DNA from: Klebsormidium nitens
Lineage: Eukaryota > Plantae > Klebsormidiophyceae
Assembly (NCBI GenBank): GCA_000708835.1
Contig: DF237052.1
Span: 141,892-205,891 of the forward strand
Direction of reading: 5' to 3'
Length of the DNA: 64,000 bases
The notes below the pieces were generated by a model. That model was not told the DNA's origin. It searched no databases and saw nothing but the letters and a program-made list of their open reading frames with translations. A program made the position numbers and the translations under genes. Positions 1 to 12,577 of the stretch are shown here, piece after piece; within the stretch, counting starts at the first letter, position 1, and each line of letters opens with the position of its first letter.

Positions 1-532
1 GCAAGATCCCGTTCGCAGCGAAGACTTTGCTTAGACTTTGCTTAGAATAACCATATAATTGCCACAGAAGTTACCTGCAGCCCCAAAGGCAAGAAACTGC
101 TCCTCACGTCCGCACCAATTAGTAAGAGCTCAGTAGGAAAAAGCGCACGATCGGCCAAAATGGGCGAGGAGGCAGGTGTGCCAAAGAGCGATTCAAGAGA
201 AGTAGACAGGGCCCCATAGGCCTTTGATTGACAAGCACACCAGTTCTGGAAACCTAGTGAGCATGTGTGAAGTTCGACCAAATGGTGGTACATAGCAGGA
301 TCCCCGAATACGTCAGAGAATCAACCAAATCTACTTCACACGGTAGGTAGTGGACTTTAAGGGCGAAGCTTCTGGGAATCATGAATCTCAAACCCTAACC
401 CTAAAATGGATCAGGGACTCCGTGCGGTGGTCTTTATAAAAAATGTAGTGCGCCTACTTACTTCCAAACCAAGAAACTGTTCTTCAGAATGAGCACCGGT
501 TCATAAATTGCAGGAAACACAATGCAGCTCAC

Positions 533-946
533 CCTTTTTGTCTTGGTCCCCCATGTGCTTGGCTTTGAGAACTTTCCCCACCCCCTGAATGATTTTGATC
601 CCCCCTCGCCGTCCTCAAACCCGCCTCTCCTGCTTGGACCACCTCTATCCATCTCATCATCAGATCCACCATCTTGGTAACGGTCTTGGTAACGGTCCGC
701 CTGCACGCCCGCCCCTCCATACTCGTTTCTCGCTCTTTCTGAATATGAGGCCCTTGCGAGGGTTTGCACCCTTAGAGGCTCCCTGTGACGACCTAGTGGC
801 TCAGGGACGCTGAATGTGCTTGAGCTTTGAGAAAATGACTGGCCATTTGACAAACCCTCGAGCGGCGAGGTATGCAACTGCCTGCAGAGCGAACACCTTC
901 CGGCAAACCACAAGTGCCTCGAAAGCAGCCTCTGCGCAGACGCCAT
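533..946 (-). CDS. First coding exon of an unidentified, probably organelle-targeted protein (gene likely continues beyond the window start)
   Basis: ATG at 946-944 opens 138 codons (MASAQRLLSRHLW...RVQTLARAS...KPSTWGTKTKR) ending at a phase-0 donor GTGAGC at 532-527. The N-terminus is Ser/Arg-rich and acid-poor, like a transit peptide. It lies head-to-head with the TTM gene. No family recognised and downstream exons not resolved. Confidence 0.45.
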
Positions 947-1849
947 GGGGAGTGATTCACCAATCAAGCAATCTGCTCCTGCACCTCTCGGCCGTGTTGC
1001 CGGATGAAAACCTACGGTAAGCCACTGCTTTTCGCCCCAAACTTCGCCAGCTGCCAGTAATTCGAGTTCTGCTCAGCTGCCTGAGCGGAACAATTTCAAG
1101 TTTTGGCGGGACGCCTAGCCTGGACGTCTTTGCTGCTCGCAAATTTGCCCGTATCTTGGTACGCGTATAGCTAAATGTTGTCAGCAATTATCAATGGACA
1201 TATGTCGTATGATGTGATGTACCGGGCAGCTTTTGGGAAACCAGTCAGGGTAGATCTGAGACATAAAGTTATTCAAGCATGTTCTAAGTTCTCGGAACCA
1301 TCTACCGGGCTGGCCGAGATTGCTTCGGATGCGGCAGGAACAACCCGCGTATCGCGCTCTAGGCCGCAATATACGCCCACCCAATAGGTGGATGGCGACC
1401 AGTCACCACTCATCGACTGACTCTGACGAAGCTCTGCGGATCGCAATGTGGGCAAGTTGGATTGGCAGAGCTTCCGCCCAATTGAAACGCAGAACGTTGT
1501 TGACTTCATGACGATCTCCGAGTCTTGAAGATCATAACAAACGCTTTTGGAAAAGTCAAGCAGGATCCTCGTTGCCTTGAACAAGGAGCATCCGTCAGTT
1601 GCCGCGCCGATGGGGGCATGGGTGAAGAGCAGCAGCAGGAAATGAAGCTGTTTGTGATCAAAGAGGAACCAACATGACATGAAATTCTCGACGTGCAGTT
1701 CGTCACCATTCGATTGTCGTATGGCCAGACGAAAGCCAAGATTGGCCAGGTCAAACAAACCAAGAGAAACCTGGTCATGTCAGTTGCAATAGCGCGTTGG
1801 TGACACATCAGAAAAACGTCGAAGAACGAGGTTTTTCTTACGAGGTGCG

Positions 1850-4800
1850 ATGTCATCGCCGAACAGAAGCCAGGCGCGGCGCAAGTCTGCGGGCTTGCTC
1901 AAACACCAGCTGCAGCTCATCAAGAGAAAGGGCGACCAGGGCACCACGCGCTACGAGATCCAGCCAATCCCAGATACACTCTCCTTCGAGAAGGGTTTCT
2001 TCTTGTTCATAAGGTCAGTTTGTTGCACTGCTGTCTGTTATGGTGAGGTGCACTTTGTTTGCTCTACGGTGTCACGCAAAGCAAAACCCTTTGTTATTTT
2101 CAAAGCATGACCAATCAGTCATCAGCATGAGATCACTCTTGACGAAAACATTACTTTCAGTGGTTCAGTTGTTTATGGGGGTGCTTAGGTGAACTTGGTA
2201 TGGCAACGCCTTTCCATTCTCGGTTTTTCTGACTGCAAGTGGTGGTTTTGATCATGGTCACGGAAAGCAAGAAGACTAAGTTCCGAGCCTTTCTTTAACT
2301 ACAATTTTGAGTCGAGCTCGCGTCGTATCGTCTGTCAACAAATAGAAACTCTTTGAAGTCCAAGTGTATCTCTGGTCTCTGCAGTTCCTTAACGAAAGTG
2401 TTTCTAGTGCTTGACAACCGAGTATGTGGGGCATCAGGTCAGCTACTTGGCATGTCATAATCCAGTCCATTTTGGGACAAGTGACCCAGGCCCTGTTGTG
2501 TCAGACGGCAGTAGCGAAAGTGGCAAACCCTTGCAATGTTTTGAAGCACTCTGACAAAGCTTCACAGAAGTATTGAATCATGGAAAATATAGAAGACTGC
2601 TCACGATGATGGTTTCTGTCGACCGTAAAGAAGGGAAAATCTGCAATGATTAAAGCGCTTTAGTCAAATCAACGCCTGTAACAGGAAGTTTTGAATCATG
2701 AAGAACGTATGAGAAGACTGCACGCAGTGGATACTTGGTGCTTCGGGTCTTGACTGTCCCTTTTCAGCCCTGCGTTACCTTCAATACATCTTGAAGCTAG
2801 ACTCTCGTGTTGAGAAGCCCTTTTCGAAAGTCAGTTTGCCCTGTTACGTTGTAGTCCAAACGAATGCATCACCGGTCCATACATTGACAACTTTGTCATC
2901 CATCTAGGGACTTCAAATTTTGCATGAGCATCATCAAACCTTAGAAAGCACATGTTGATGCCTCCTTAATCATACTCATGAAGCGCATCAAGTCTCCTGA
3001 AGATCTTGGCCTCTTCGCAGCCGGCGCGCTGGTGGCAGAAGTGACTCGTTATTGAATCACCAGGTCTGAAAAGCTGTCTCCAGATCTCGCTTGTACACTA
3101 ACCCTGTTGCCTAACCAGCTTGGGAACTAACTCTGTCAGTCAACCCAGCTTGCGACTTAACCCTGTCTCCTGACCCCCTTAGGGCGCTCCAGCTGTTGCG
3201 GGAGCACAATGACGGCGTCCTTTTGGTGGGGCTTGCGGGCCCCTCGGGCGCCGGTAAAACCGTGTTCAGCGAGAAAATCAGCAACTTCATGCCGGGATGC
3301 TCAGTGATCTCGATGGATAACTACAACGATGCGAGCCGATTGGTTGACGGCAACTTCGATGGTGAGTTTTTGTGACACCTACTCTGGTCACCTTCGGTCT
3401 GAACGGCTGAAGTGGTGTTCCCACCCAGTCAGCTTTCGTTTTGAACAACTGTAGTCGCTTTTCCGCCCAGTCAGCTTTTGTTCTGAACGACCGTAGTGGT
3501 TTTTCCGCCCTGAACGCTGGGTAGCGGGTAATCTCGATGAATGGAGTACAGCAATCGAGCTGTTCAGTTGCCTTGACGGTTCACTAGACATTCATCTCGT
3601 CGACTCGAACTCAGATATTGGAGACGGTTTGCTCAGGCATTACTGGTAGTGGATCAGAAACAGTCTCGTTGTTATGGAGGCCTGGCCTTGAATCTCGCTA
3701 TTTTTGATTTAGAAACTAGTAACCTTATGCGAGGTGCGTCGTGCCTTGTCACTGATGTTTATGACAGCACGGGCTGTCTGGTCGGTAGAAAGATCAATGT
3801 GGGGTTGTTTGTTGTTGTTGCCCCCTTCACAAAGTGCGCCTGTTGTAAGGGATCTGGTGACCTCTTTCATTGCAGTAAGGGCCAGTATACGTTTGCCGGA
3901 CTTTCCACTGTCCCGTACACTCGTTGTCTTCAACGTAAGGATAATCATGCTCTGCCGTCTGCCACGCAGAGCTCCATACACATGCTTTCTTCAATGTAAA
4001 GATACTCATGCTTCGCTTATTGCTTTGCAGATCCCCGGTTGACTGATTACACCACTTTGATGGACAATATCAAGAACTTACAGAACGGGCTGCCCGCCGA
4101 GGTCCCAATCTACGACTTCAAGCAGAGCAAAAGGATTGGCTTCAAGTGAGGAGTCGTCTTACTCTTTGGCTATCTTACAAATACACAATCAAAGATCGCG
4201 CCACCTTCTTGATTATTTGAGATCGGGCCTCCTGTCAGGGCCTTTAAGCTCCTCGACTGTCTCACCTGGGCTTCTCGGCTCTCTCCCTTCGTTGTTCGCC
4301 TCGACGGAGTGTCAATTTCCGAGAAAACCTTGCTGACGTGTCAGTCCGCCATGGCAGGACGGTGGAAGTCCCTTCCGCGCGCGTTGTCATCATTGAGGGC
4401 ATTTATGCACTGTCCGAGAGGCTGCGCCCGATGCTCGACCTCGCCGTTTCCATCACCGGGGGGGTGCACTTCGATCTAGTTAAGCGGGTCTTGCGGGACA
4501 TCAACCGCTCGGGACAGGTAAGTCAACTGCGCACCGTTGAACGGCCGGCTTTCTGAAATTAGCTTCTTGCTTTGTAAGCCGTCAAGCGCTCGGAACAGGT
4601 GAGCCGAGTGCGCACCGTCAAACAGCCAGCTTTCCGGAATTGGATAGGAAGTGCTTTTGACATCAGCTCTTTGTCATACGACGCCAAAGCGCCTTACGTC
4701 TTCCCTTCTCTCGTTGATTGTTTCGATCAGAGTGTCCAAAGGTCCGTTTGGGATCCTACTGAGACCATTCCAGATAGGTTGGGGCCTTTTGAAAGAGCTC

Positions 4801-7800
4801 TCGAAAGGGAGCAGCTCGACACGGCCAAAAGTGCCTCCGTGGCGGTCGGCTCCAAAGCTTCTGAAGGTGATTCGTGACAGTCCGTCTGGGGTCCGATTGT
4901 AATCCGAATTGGAAATTTCTCTTCGTTTGATTTGGGATTGCAGCTGAGTTAGGCAAAACGGTGTGACACGATCGGAGGCGTCCAATCGATGCACCTACTG
5001 ATTCAACGACTGGGACACGAGGATCGCTTCAGAGACTTTGTTTCGTATGCAGGAATTGGAAGGACATTTTTGAGTCGAGGAGCGCAATCCTGAGCCGTAT
5101 CTTGAGTACGTTGACAAACCAACGGTTGTAAAACAAGTTCAGCGTGGTCCAAATTGAGCGCAACCGTTTGCAGGAACCGGAGGACATCATCCATCAGATA
5201 TCGGAGACGGTATACCCTATGTACAAGGCGTTCATCGAGCCGGACCTCCAGACAGCGCACATCCGCATCGTCAATAAGTTCAACCCGTTCTCCGGCTTTC
5301 AAAACGCGACGTACATTCTCAAGGTGGGGTGTCTGTGGGGGGCGTTTTGTAAACTGTCTAAAATGCGAGTTGCCTTTCAGCCGATTCAATTCTTCTCTCC
5401 ATCGTTTTGCAGACTATAGAGAGTGCGATGCAATTTTCCTAATGTGCTTGATTGCGGTTGACACGATTGGCCTCCGTGGACTGAAAGTTAGTTACCAGCA
5501 TCAATCGCCAACCTGCTTAGCAGCAATCATGTGCAGTCCGCCGGACTCGATCGAATCACATGCATTCTTTCTAGACCTCCGGAGTGTCTTCATTTCGTCT
5601 CCACAGTTCGATTTGTATCATCAGGTTTTCGCTGCTCGTTTCTTGGAGTGTAAGAAGTAACCTCTGTTCTTTCGGTCAAGTTAATCACTCATGGTCTCTC
5701 GTTGTCGGATTGCAGTCCCAGAAGACGGTGACCCCCTACCAAGTACAACACGAAAAACACCATCTTCGTTTCACTTGCCCGATACAAGCTCCAACTTTCT
5801 GAACCTTGAAACGAAATTTTCACGATCTTCGCCCTTTTGAATCCAGTCCCAGAAGACGGTGACCCCCGACCAGATCCGGGCGGTTCTCCCGCCCAATTGC
5901 ACCGAGTACGTCGAGGAGACGTACGATATCTATCTCTTGCCCCCGGGGGAGGACGCCGAGAGCTGCCAGTCGTACCTGCGCATGCGCAACCGGGACGGCA
6001 AGTACAGCCTCATGTTCGAGGTAGGTCCCGTTCTCTGTAGGTCAATTGACTACTAATGAGATATTTTTTTGATGTGCTGGAATGTCCCTGCGCATGCGCA
6101 ATCGGGACGGCAAGTAGAGTCTCATGTTTGAGGTGAGTGGCGTTCTTTATCGAAGCCACTTGAAAAAGCCAGGTTATTTTGAGTTCTGCTGGGTCGTACC
6201 TGCGCATGCGCAACCGGGACGGCAAGTACAGCCTCATGTTTGAGGTAGGTGGTGTTTGCCCCTCTGAGCTTGCGAAGGAGTATTTCCAGCTTGCTGGGTC
6301 AGGAACGTGACATGAGATTTGCCTGACCCAGTGCGCGCAGCACTTTACGTAGCTGATACTAAGTACATGTGTTCCGATAAATCGGCACCGAGTGCACAGC
6401 TTCCGTCGTAAAAAGCCAATGATTCTTTTCGCGTTTGCATCGATCGATTGTCTCTCACCAAAGCCTCACGATCTGCGAAAGTTTCTTTTTTGAGTGCCGC
6501 ACCGACTTTCTTTTGGACGTCCGCAGGAGTGGGTGACGGACGGTCCGTTCATCATCTCCCCACGCATCACGTTCGAGGTCAGCGTCCGCATTTTGGGCGG
6601 GCTTATGGCGCTCGGATACGAGATGGGCGCGATCCTGCGACGTTCCAGCCAAGTGTTCCGGGACGAGACCATCGCCGTCAAAATCGACACCTTCGAGCAA
6701 CTTCAGCGGGAATACGTCAACGTGAGTCAAAGGCACTCCTCGCTGTCTCGTTATCCATCTTGAGATGCTGTCTGAGTTGCTCTTTCGCAAAGCGTCCCAG
6801 TCTGACGGTGTCTTTGTTTCAGGAAGGCGCAAGGGCGCATCCGGACGTTGATAGAAGAGACTGGGGAAACGCTGGAGGTGGAAGGACTCTGCTTGTCGCT
6901 ACGATCAAGCAAAGACAGCGGGGAATTCCCAGAATTGTTAACGGTTTCCTTTTCAGGTGCAAGGACGCGACCTCTAGTTGGACCGGAAAGGAACGTGCGT
7001 GCCGCGGTCGTGAATCGAGCACAGCGGCAAGCTTTCAGTAGTTGTCCGAAAAACGAACAAGCGAACACAAAGCACAACTCTTCGCCCTTTCAGGTGCAAG
7101 GGCGAGATTCGGCGTGAGTAGAAGAGATTGGCAAGAAGCTGGAGCTTGAGGGGACGTATGTACCTCTGTTGTATATCGAGCAGATGTAGTTGCAAACCCC
7201 AAGAAATCGTTTCATGAAGAATTGATACAAACACTCACACAACTTTTCGCCCGTCAGGTGTGCAAGGGCGCGATCGGGCGTTGGTAGAAGAGATTGGCTA
7301 GAAGCTGGAGCTCGAGGGGACGTCCGTGTCGTGTTCCAAGCAGTAAAATATTCGACGTACGTACCGCGGTCGTATGTCGAACAGATACAGCGGGAAACCG
7401 TCAGAAATGTTCTTGTCAGAACAAGAATCAATGAACACACAATCTTTTGCCCTTTCAGGTGCAAGGGCGCGACCGGGCGTTGGTAGAAGAAATTGGCAAG
7501 AAGCTGGACCTTTTAGGAACTTGTGTGTCGTGGTCGTACAACGAGCAAATACAGCGGCCATTTCTTGAAAATTATTCTTCAAAGAACAAAAGCAGTCAGA
7601 TTACACGATTTTTTGCCCTTCCAGGTGCAGGGGCGCGACCGGGCGTTGGTAGAAGAGATTGGCAAGAAGCTGAACCTTTTAGGAACTTGTGTGTCGTGGT
7701 CATACATCGAGCAGATACAGCGAGAAACCCTTAAAAATCACTTTTCTAAAGAACAAAACCAATCAAAACTCTTGACTTTCCGCCCTTCCAGGTGCAAGGG

Positions 7801-10800
7801 CGCGACCGGGCGTTGGTAGAAGAGATTGGCAAGAAGCTGGAGCTGGAGGGGACGTACGTGCCGCGGTCGTACATTGAGCAAATGCAACTGGAGAAGCTCA
7901 CCAAAGAGTTCCAGCTCGTTCCTGAGGACATCAAACAGAAGCTCGCATCCGAAGACGCATTGGTAGGTTAAATGTCTGTTCTCATTTGTGCTATTCGGTC
8001 ATTTCTCGTGTAGTGGTCTTTGACTTTCTTGTCGTCTCTCCGTTTGTTAGTCGGGTTTCTTATCTTTTGTCATCTGCGGTTCCGCTTCTTCCCCACCTGG
8101 ATTCAGGCAAAGACTTTGTCTTGCACTTCGCGCATCTGGGTCGGTTTACACACTCTTGGGCTTGTTTCCCTGTGACCATTGTCTTCTTATGTTTCATTTG
8201 AGATTACTTTCAGCTTCTTGGGATTGTCCACCTGGTATTCAAGGACATCGTGTAGAGTCTTGCACCTAAGGACTCGCTAGCGGGTCGCATCTTTTTTCCC
8301 TTACGTCACTACCTCCGGCTCTGATCCACTATTGCTGCGTTCGTTCCAATCCATCTTGTTTGTTGTTCCTGAGATCATTTCGTCCGTTGTTTCGCTTTCT
8401 CTCCGTTTGATTGCTTCGTTCTCTTCTATGATTACTTGATTGCGTTCTCTTGTCTAATGTTCTTTGTTTTCTTCTCAGATTGGTATTTATACTCCCTCCT
8501 CTTGATTCTCTGTACGTTTCTCGCTTCATCTCTCAGACTCCTCATATTTCTGCTCCGTGTTTTGCCTCCGCTCATATCTTCCTCCCTTCCTCGCGTCTTG
8601 CTTCAGACTGTCTCCACTTTTCACTGATCCTAGTGTGCCTCCCTATTGGCTGCCTCATTATTGATGTCATAAGCACCACACTCACGAAGCAAATTTGTGT
8701 CTTTGCCGCCTTCCTCCTATCTAAAGCCTTCGGCTCATTGGCACTAAGCCTCCCCTGCAAGCGAGTTTTATATGGAAAATGCGTGCTGACGTGTGCCTGC
8801 CACGTGTCCAGGTGGGCAGCGTCATCAGCAGCCCCAGCATGTCGTGGATTGCGGAGGCGCGGCTGAACCGTGACATCATGGGCCGGAGCGCGCCCGTCAT
8901 GGCGCACCGCAACAACCGGTCGCCCACAAAGGCAGGCCAATGTGAGTGGCGTCAGTTAGCGTGATCAGTTTTGTAGGCGATTACGTGATTAGTAACTACA
9001 CCACTTCCTCTTTCTCCTTGTTTGATGAAAAAGTAGAGGCGACCATGGACTTCGTAATCCCGGAGCTAAAGCGCATACTGTCCATCCGAATCCCGACATC
9101 CTTCTCATCCTCCTCATGCTGACTTCCTTCTTTTTCCAGTCCGCACAGAGAAGACTGGCCGGGACTGGCCCCCCCAGCTGCACCTGAACTCGTCCAAAGG
9201 CTGCCTAAAGACTTCAAAAGATGAAAACACTGATCCCCATAGTAAACCATAGACCTCCAAACCTTTCTCGTCTCCTTCTGCTGAACCCCCTCTCTTTTTT
9301 CCAGTCCGCACAGATAAGACTGGCCGGCACTGGCCCCCCCAGCTGCACCTCAACTCCTCCAACGGTAGTTTGGAGAACGTGGAGGAGGGCGGCCATAAGC
9401 GCAAGAACAGCGAGGACGAGTCGTCCCACAACCGGGGTGTGCCCGACTCGCCATTCCTAGTTGGAGCACCCGCGCCGGGCACCAACCAGATCGGAGAGCA
9501 GCTACAGGTGTGAGAAAGTTCCGTACTCCTGAGCTTCTTGTTTGGAGTATTAAGTTCTGCCCTCGATACTTGCATTTCGTAGTCAAAGGAGAGGAGTTAT
9601 CCATACCGCCTGCCCTTTCTTGTCGAGCTGCGGACTGTGTCATCATTTCGTGCGTACTCTGGGATAGTAGTAGAAGTCCGAGCAGCCCTTTTTCTACCTT
9701 TTTCACCAATATGAGTTTGCAGCACGTGTTTTGGCCAGACTCTCCGGCGTGACCTGTCAAAAGGCCCACATTTCGAGTGCCAAATATTCGGTATCTACGA
9801 AATAGTCGTCGAAACTTCTCAAGATTCTGATTATTTTGAATTTTCAGTGACGACTAAAGAGCACTGCACCTTGTGCCACCGTGTCCACGAACGCTCTTGA
9901 ACCAATCAACAAACCTACCACGCAGAGTGAAAATCCTTTAGGCGAATTGTGCTTGCAGAGGCTGAAGGAGGGGTTTAACCAGCCGCTAGACCGCATGCTC
10001 GATCTTGAGCGCAAAGTGACTGTGCCATTCCTTTTGCCATCCTTATTAACCGGATAACCTCGGAACACTACTCTGAAAGCCCACAACTACGACCTCAACA
10101 TTCTTAGATCGAAATCCGAGACTTTCAACCTCTGCAGAGGCTCAAAGAAGTTCAACCCGCTGCTCAAACGAACGCTGGACCGCAGAATGTTGAACCTGCA
10201 AATTCAAGCGCAGTGAATTAAACTCAAAAGCAGTGAGCTATTATGAAGCAACCTCGTAAACACGTGGAATACACAAGCCTCCCTTAAAGGTTGACCTCAA
10301 TATTCTGATTTTCGTGCCTGCAGACGATCAACGAAAAGTTCGACCAGCTGCTTGACCGGATGCTAGACCTCGAGCGGAAAGTCACAGCCTCGACGTCGCC
10401 CTCGGCGTCCCGGGGCACGACGCCGCCCCCGAAGCAGAGATTCGAGGGGCACCCTTTGACAAACGGTGAGCCGTTTCAATAGAAAAGTTGCTGACTTTTC
10501 GAAGGTTCCGTGGTTTTCGCACGGAAGCTCTTCTGTCCTTTTCAATAGCCCTGAGCAGCTATGATCTGAGGAGCACGCTTCGACGACCGGTGAGCCCGTG
10601 TTCTTATTTTCGAGCATTATGTTGTAGACTGCACGGAAGCATCTGTGTTTTTAATTGGTAGCTGTACTGAGAAGCAGAGATTCGAGCGGCACGCTTCGAC
10701 GATCGTTGGGCCCGTGTTCTGACAAGCCCTTAGCTGGCTCTTTAGGTCCACTGCTATTCTGCTTGGGACCACTCGTGTTCTTTCACAGCTGCCCTGACGA

Positions 10801-11735
10801 AAGTTTGCAGCTTTTCGACCAATATCCGCTTGCCCCACGCTCCGTCTTCAAAGAGATCCTCGACGAACTTCATTGCACAGCCCAACGCGTGACAAATTCC
10901 GTGCTTGACCTAGCGTTATCTGCCGGTTATGTCGACTCTAAGCGGGGGATCCCTTTCACAGGCCCCGGGGGAGGTTCCCGGGAGTTGGTGGGCAGTTACC
11001 AGAAGAGCCATTTGGGGATGCGGGACGAGACGGAGGCCGGAGACTTGTCGGGGCGAGAGCGCAGGGGCATGGAGGCGGAGGGATCCCTCTCCGACGAGGT
11101 AGGGTACTGGCGCATTGTTTTTAATACTCTTTGAGCCACGACAAAGGCTTTCGTTTCGATTGGGGTTGTTGTTTTCGCACCGCTCTAGCCCTTATTTCTG
11201 CTGTAGTTCCTTAAAGTGGAGCATTAGTAGCGGCAACCGTGAAGCGCCATGAACGACTTGTTGGTCGCTTCCATAAAGTCACACTCACATTAACTTGGTT
11301 ACCGTGCGACAATGGAGCAAATGTTTTTTTGCACTCTCATCGCAGGCACATAAGGTCACATGACGGGTCCTAAGATTGACTATGTCGAGCTGCCACTTTC
11401 TGCCTGCACAGCAACCAGCGCCACATCAGCATACCTGCTGACGTCAGTGCAATAACTTCGTCAATCCCAAGCTGCCTTTTTCCGACCAGGTGCGCCTGCT
11501 CGCGCGTGGCCAGCGCCACATCAGCACGCAGTTGGACGTCCTCAGCGGCGCCGTCCGGGACAATCTGCGCGAGCAGCAGCGGAAAGATTCTGGGACGCAG
11601 TACTGGCGAAAAGGGCACCTATTTACGGAGGGTCTGTGGGAACCAGCGACGGGTGTCGCCATAGTGTCCGGGTCGCTCGCAGTTATCGGGGCGGTCTTTT
11701 GGGTATGGAAGGTAAGGGGCAGGGGAACAACATAG
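1850..11735 (+). CDS. TTM: Plant TTM1/TTM2-type triphosphate tunnel metalloenzyme (uridine-kinase domain + CYTH domain + C-terminal tail anchor), 13 exons, 718 aa
   Basis: Exons 1850-2013, 3183-3361, 4031-4145, 4358-4517, 5174-5323, 5847-6020, 6527-6721, 7792-7962, 8812-8941, 9314-9507, 10324-10465, 10962-11098, 11490-11735. All junctions are GT..AG with compatible phases (2157 nt). Motifs: LSFEKGFF, P-loop GPSGAGKT, MDNYND, DPRLTDY, IEGIYAL, YPMYKAFIEPDL, EETYDIYLLPPGED, YLRMRNRDGKY, EWVTDGPFIISPRITFEV, and a C-terminal hydrophobic segment GVAIVSGSLAVIGAVFWVW followed by basic residues. Confidence 0.93.
3397..3516 (+). repeat. Intronic minisatellite, three units of about 41 bp
   Basis: GT(C/T)(T)TGAAC..C(T/C)G(A/T)AGT.G..TTT(C)C.CCC(AGTCAGCTTT) units starting at 3397, 3438 and 3480 in TTM intron 2. 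Confidence 0.7.
6021..6250 (+). repeat. Two copies of the TTM exon-6 donor junction at an exact 112-bp period
   Basis: CTGCGCATGCGCAA(C/T)CGGGACGGCAAGTA(C/G)AG(C/T)CTCATGTT(C/T)GAG|GT(A/G)(G/A)GT with GT at 6021 (true), 6133 and 6245. Confidence 0.9.
6810..7791 (+). repeat. Tandem array of six decayed copies of the TTM exon-8 acceptor junction
   Basis: Acceptor-like AGs at 6821, 6955, 7092, 7256, 7457 and 7623, each followed by GTGCAAGGGCGCGACCGGGCGTTGGTAGAAGAGATTGGC-like sequence. The true AG is at 7790. Confidence 0.9.
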
Positions 11736-12430
11736 CTTAGTGTGGGGCGGATTTCACCGCAAGCTGAGTCTTCAACTCGTATGAGTGTTTCCGGGCTTGG
11801 TGGCAAGGAAGCCGAACTAGATTTTCAGAATCAGGACATGGGGAGACGGTCACAACGGTCAAAGCGCACTTTGCCAGAAAATGATTCAAGAGGTTCAAAG
11901 TCATCTGCTTTCTTTGGAGACTGGTTCATGCGGTTGAGTTCGTGCATCACTTGCGTGCGATATTTATGCATGATGCTTGACATCACTGCAGATTGTGACG
12001 CACTTGGTCTTCATTTCTAAAGGAGCTAATGCATCTGTTTGGAGCCTCAACCGGCAAACCATCGTCGAAGTAAGGGCATGTGTGATGCGACTATAACACA
12101 CATGACGTATTGACCAAGAAGCAAGAGCTATCAAGTATTGATGAAGACTCCGAACAAAGGCGTGACCATGGCCAAGCTTTATTCCCCGCTCCAATGTTCT
12201 ACTGCCGTTACTAGACGGTTGCTGACGTGAAAGGTGCGGAACAGCAGCTGAAACGCTTGAATGCACTGCATGATGCATGAGCATTCAACGGTCCGCCGGC
12301 GGCCCATACATACATGCAACAGGCCGCGTCCGCGAGCCGGCGGGGGTCGCCCGCGCCCGGCCATGCCTATCGAAGCTGCATGAATATACACTGACAGTAC
12401 GTTAAATATTTGGTTTGGCAGCTCCCTACT

Positions 12431-12577
12431 GGCTTGGATCTCCTAAGTTCGTAGGCCGGGGGACGGGTAGGGTTGGTTTGGTGGTTAGGGTGGGTAGGGG
12501 TGCGGAGCACGTGTAGCATTTGGGTTAGGGTTTTAGTTTTGATGACCGGGGCTTTTGAATCTTAGGAGACAAGCCCC
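12431..12577. mobile_element. Second copy of the same MITE family with shorter TIR remnants
   Basis: GGCTTGGATCTCCTAAG...CTTAGGAGACAAGCCCC ends flank the same core (GGACGGGTAGGGTTGGTTTGGTGGTTAGGGTGGGTAGGGGTGCGGAGC...CCGGGGCTT) as 50887-51066. Confidence 0.8.

Noticed and set aside
75-221. Possible second exon of the minus-strand gene (AYGALSTSLESLF...LGLQ)
   Set aside because: It is phase-compatible and has a donor at 74, but the acceptor is weak, the composition is intron-like and there is no homology support.
390-405. AAACCCTAACCCTAAA telobox / telomere-like motif
   Set aside because: Only about two units, lying downstream of the first exon rather than in a promoter; too short to call functional.
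6810-7800. Regularly spaced repeats resembling a CRISPR array (also 16895-17745, 20010-20600)
   Set aside because: The repeated part is the neighbouring exon junction, the spacers are homologous to each other, the context is a spliced eukaryotic gene and no cas genes are present.
7963-8811. Strongly pyrimidine-rich stretch in TTM intron 8
   Set aside because: Sense-strand T/C richness is common to introns here; no periodicity or structure seen.
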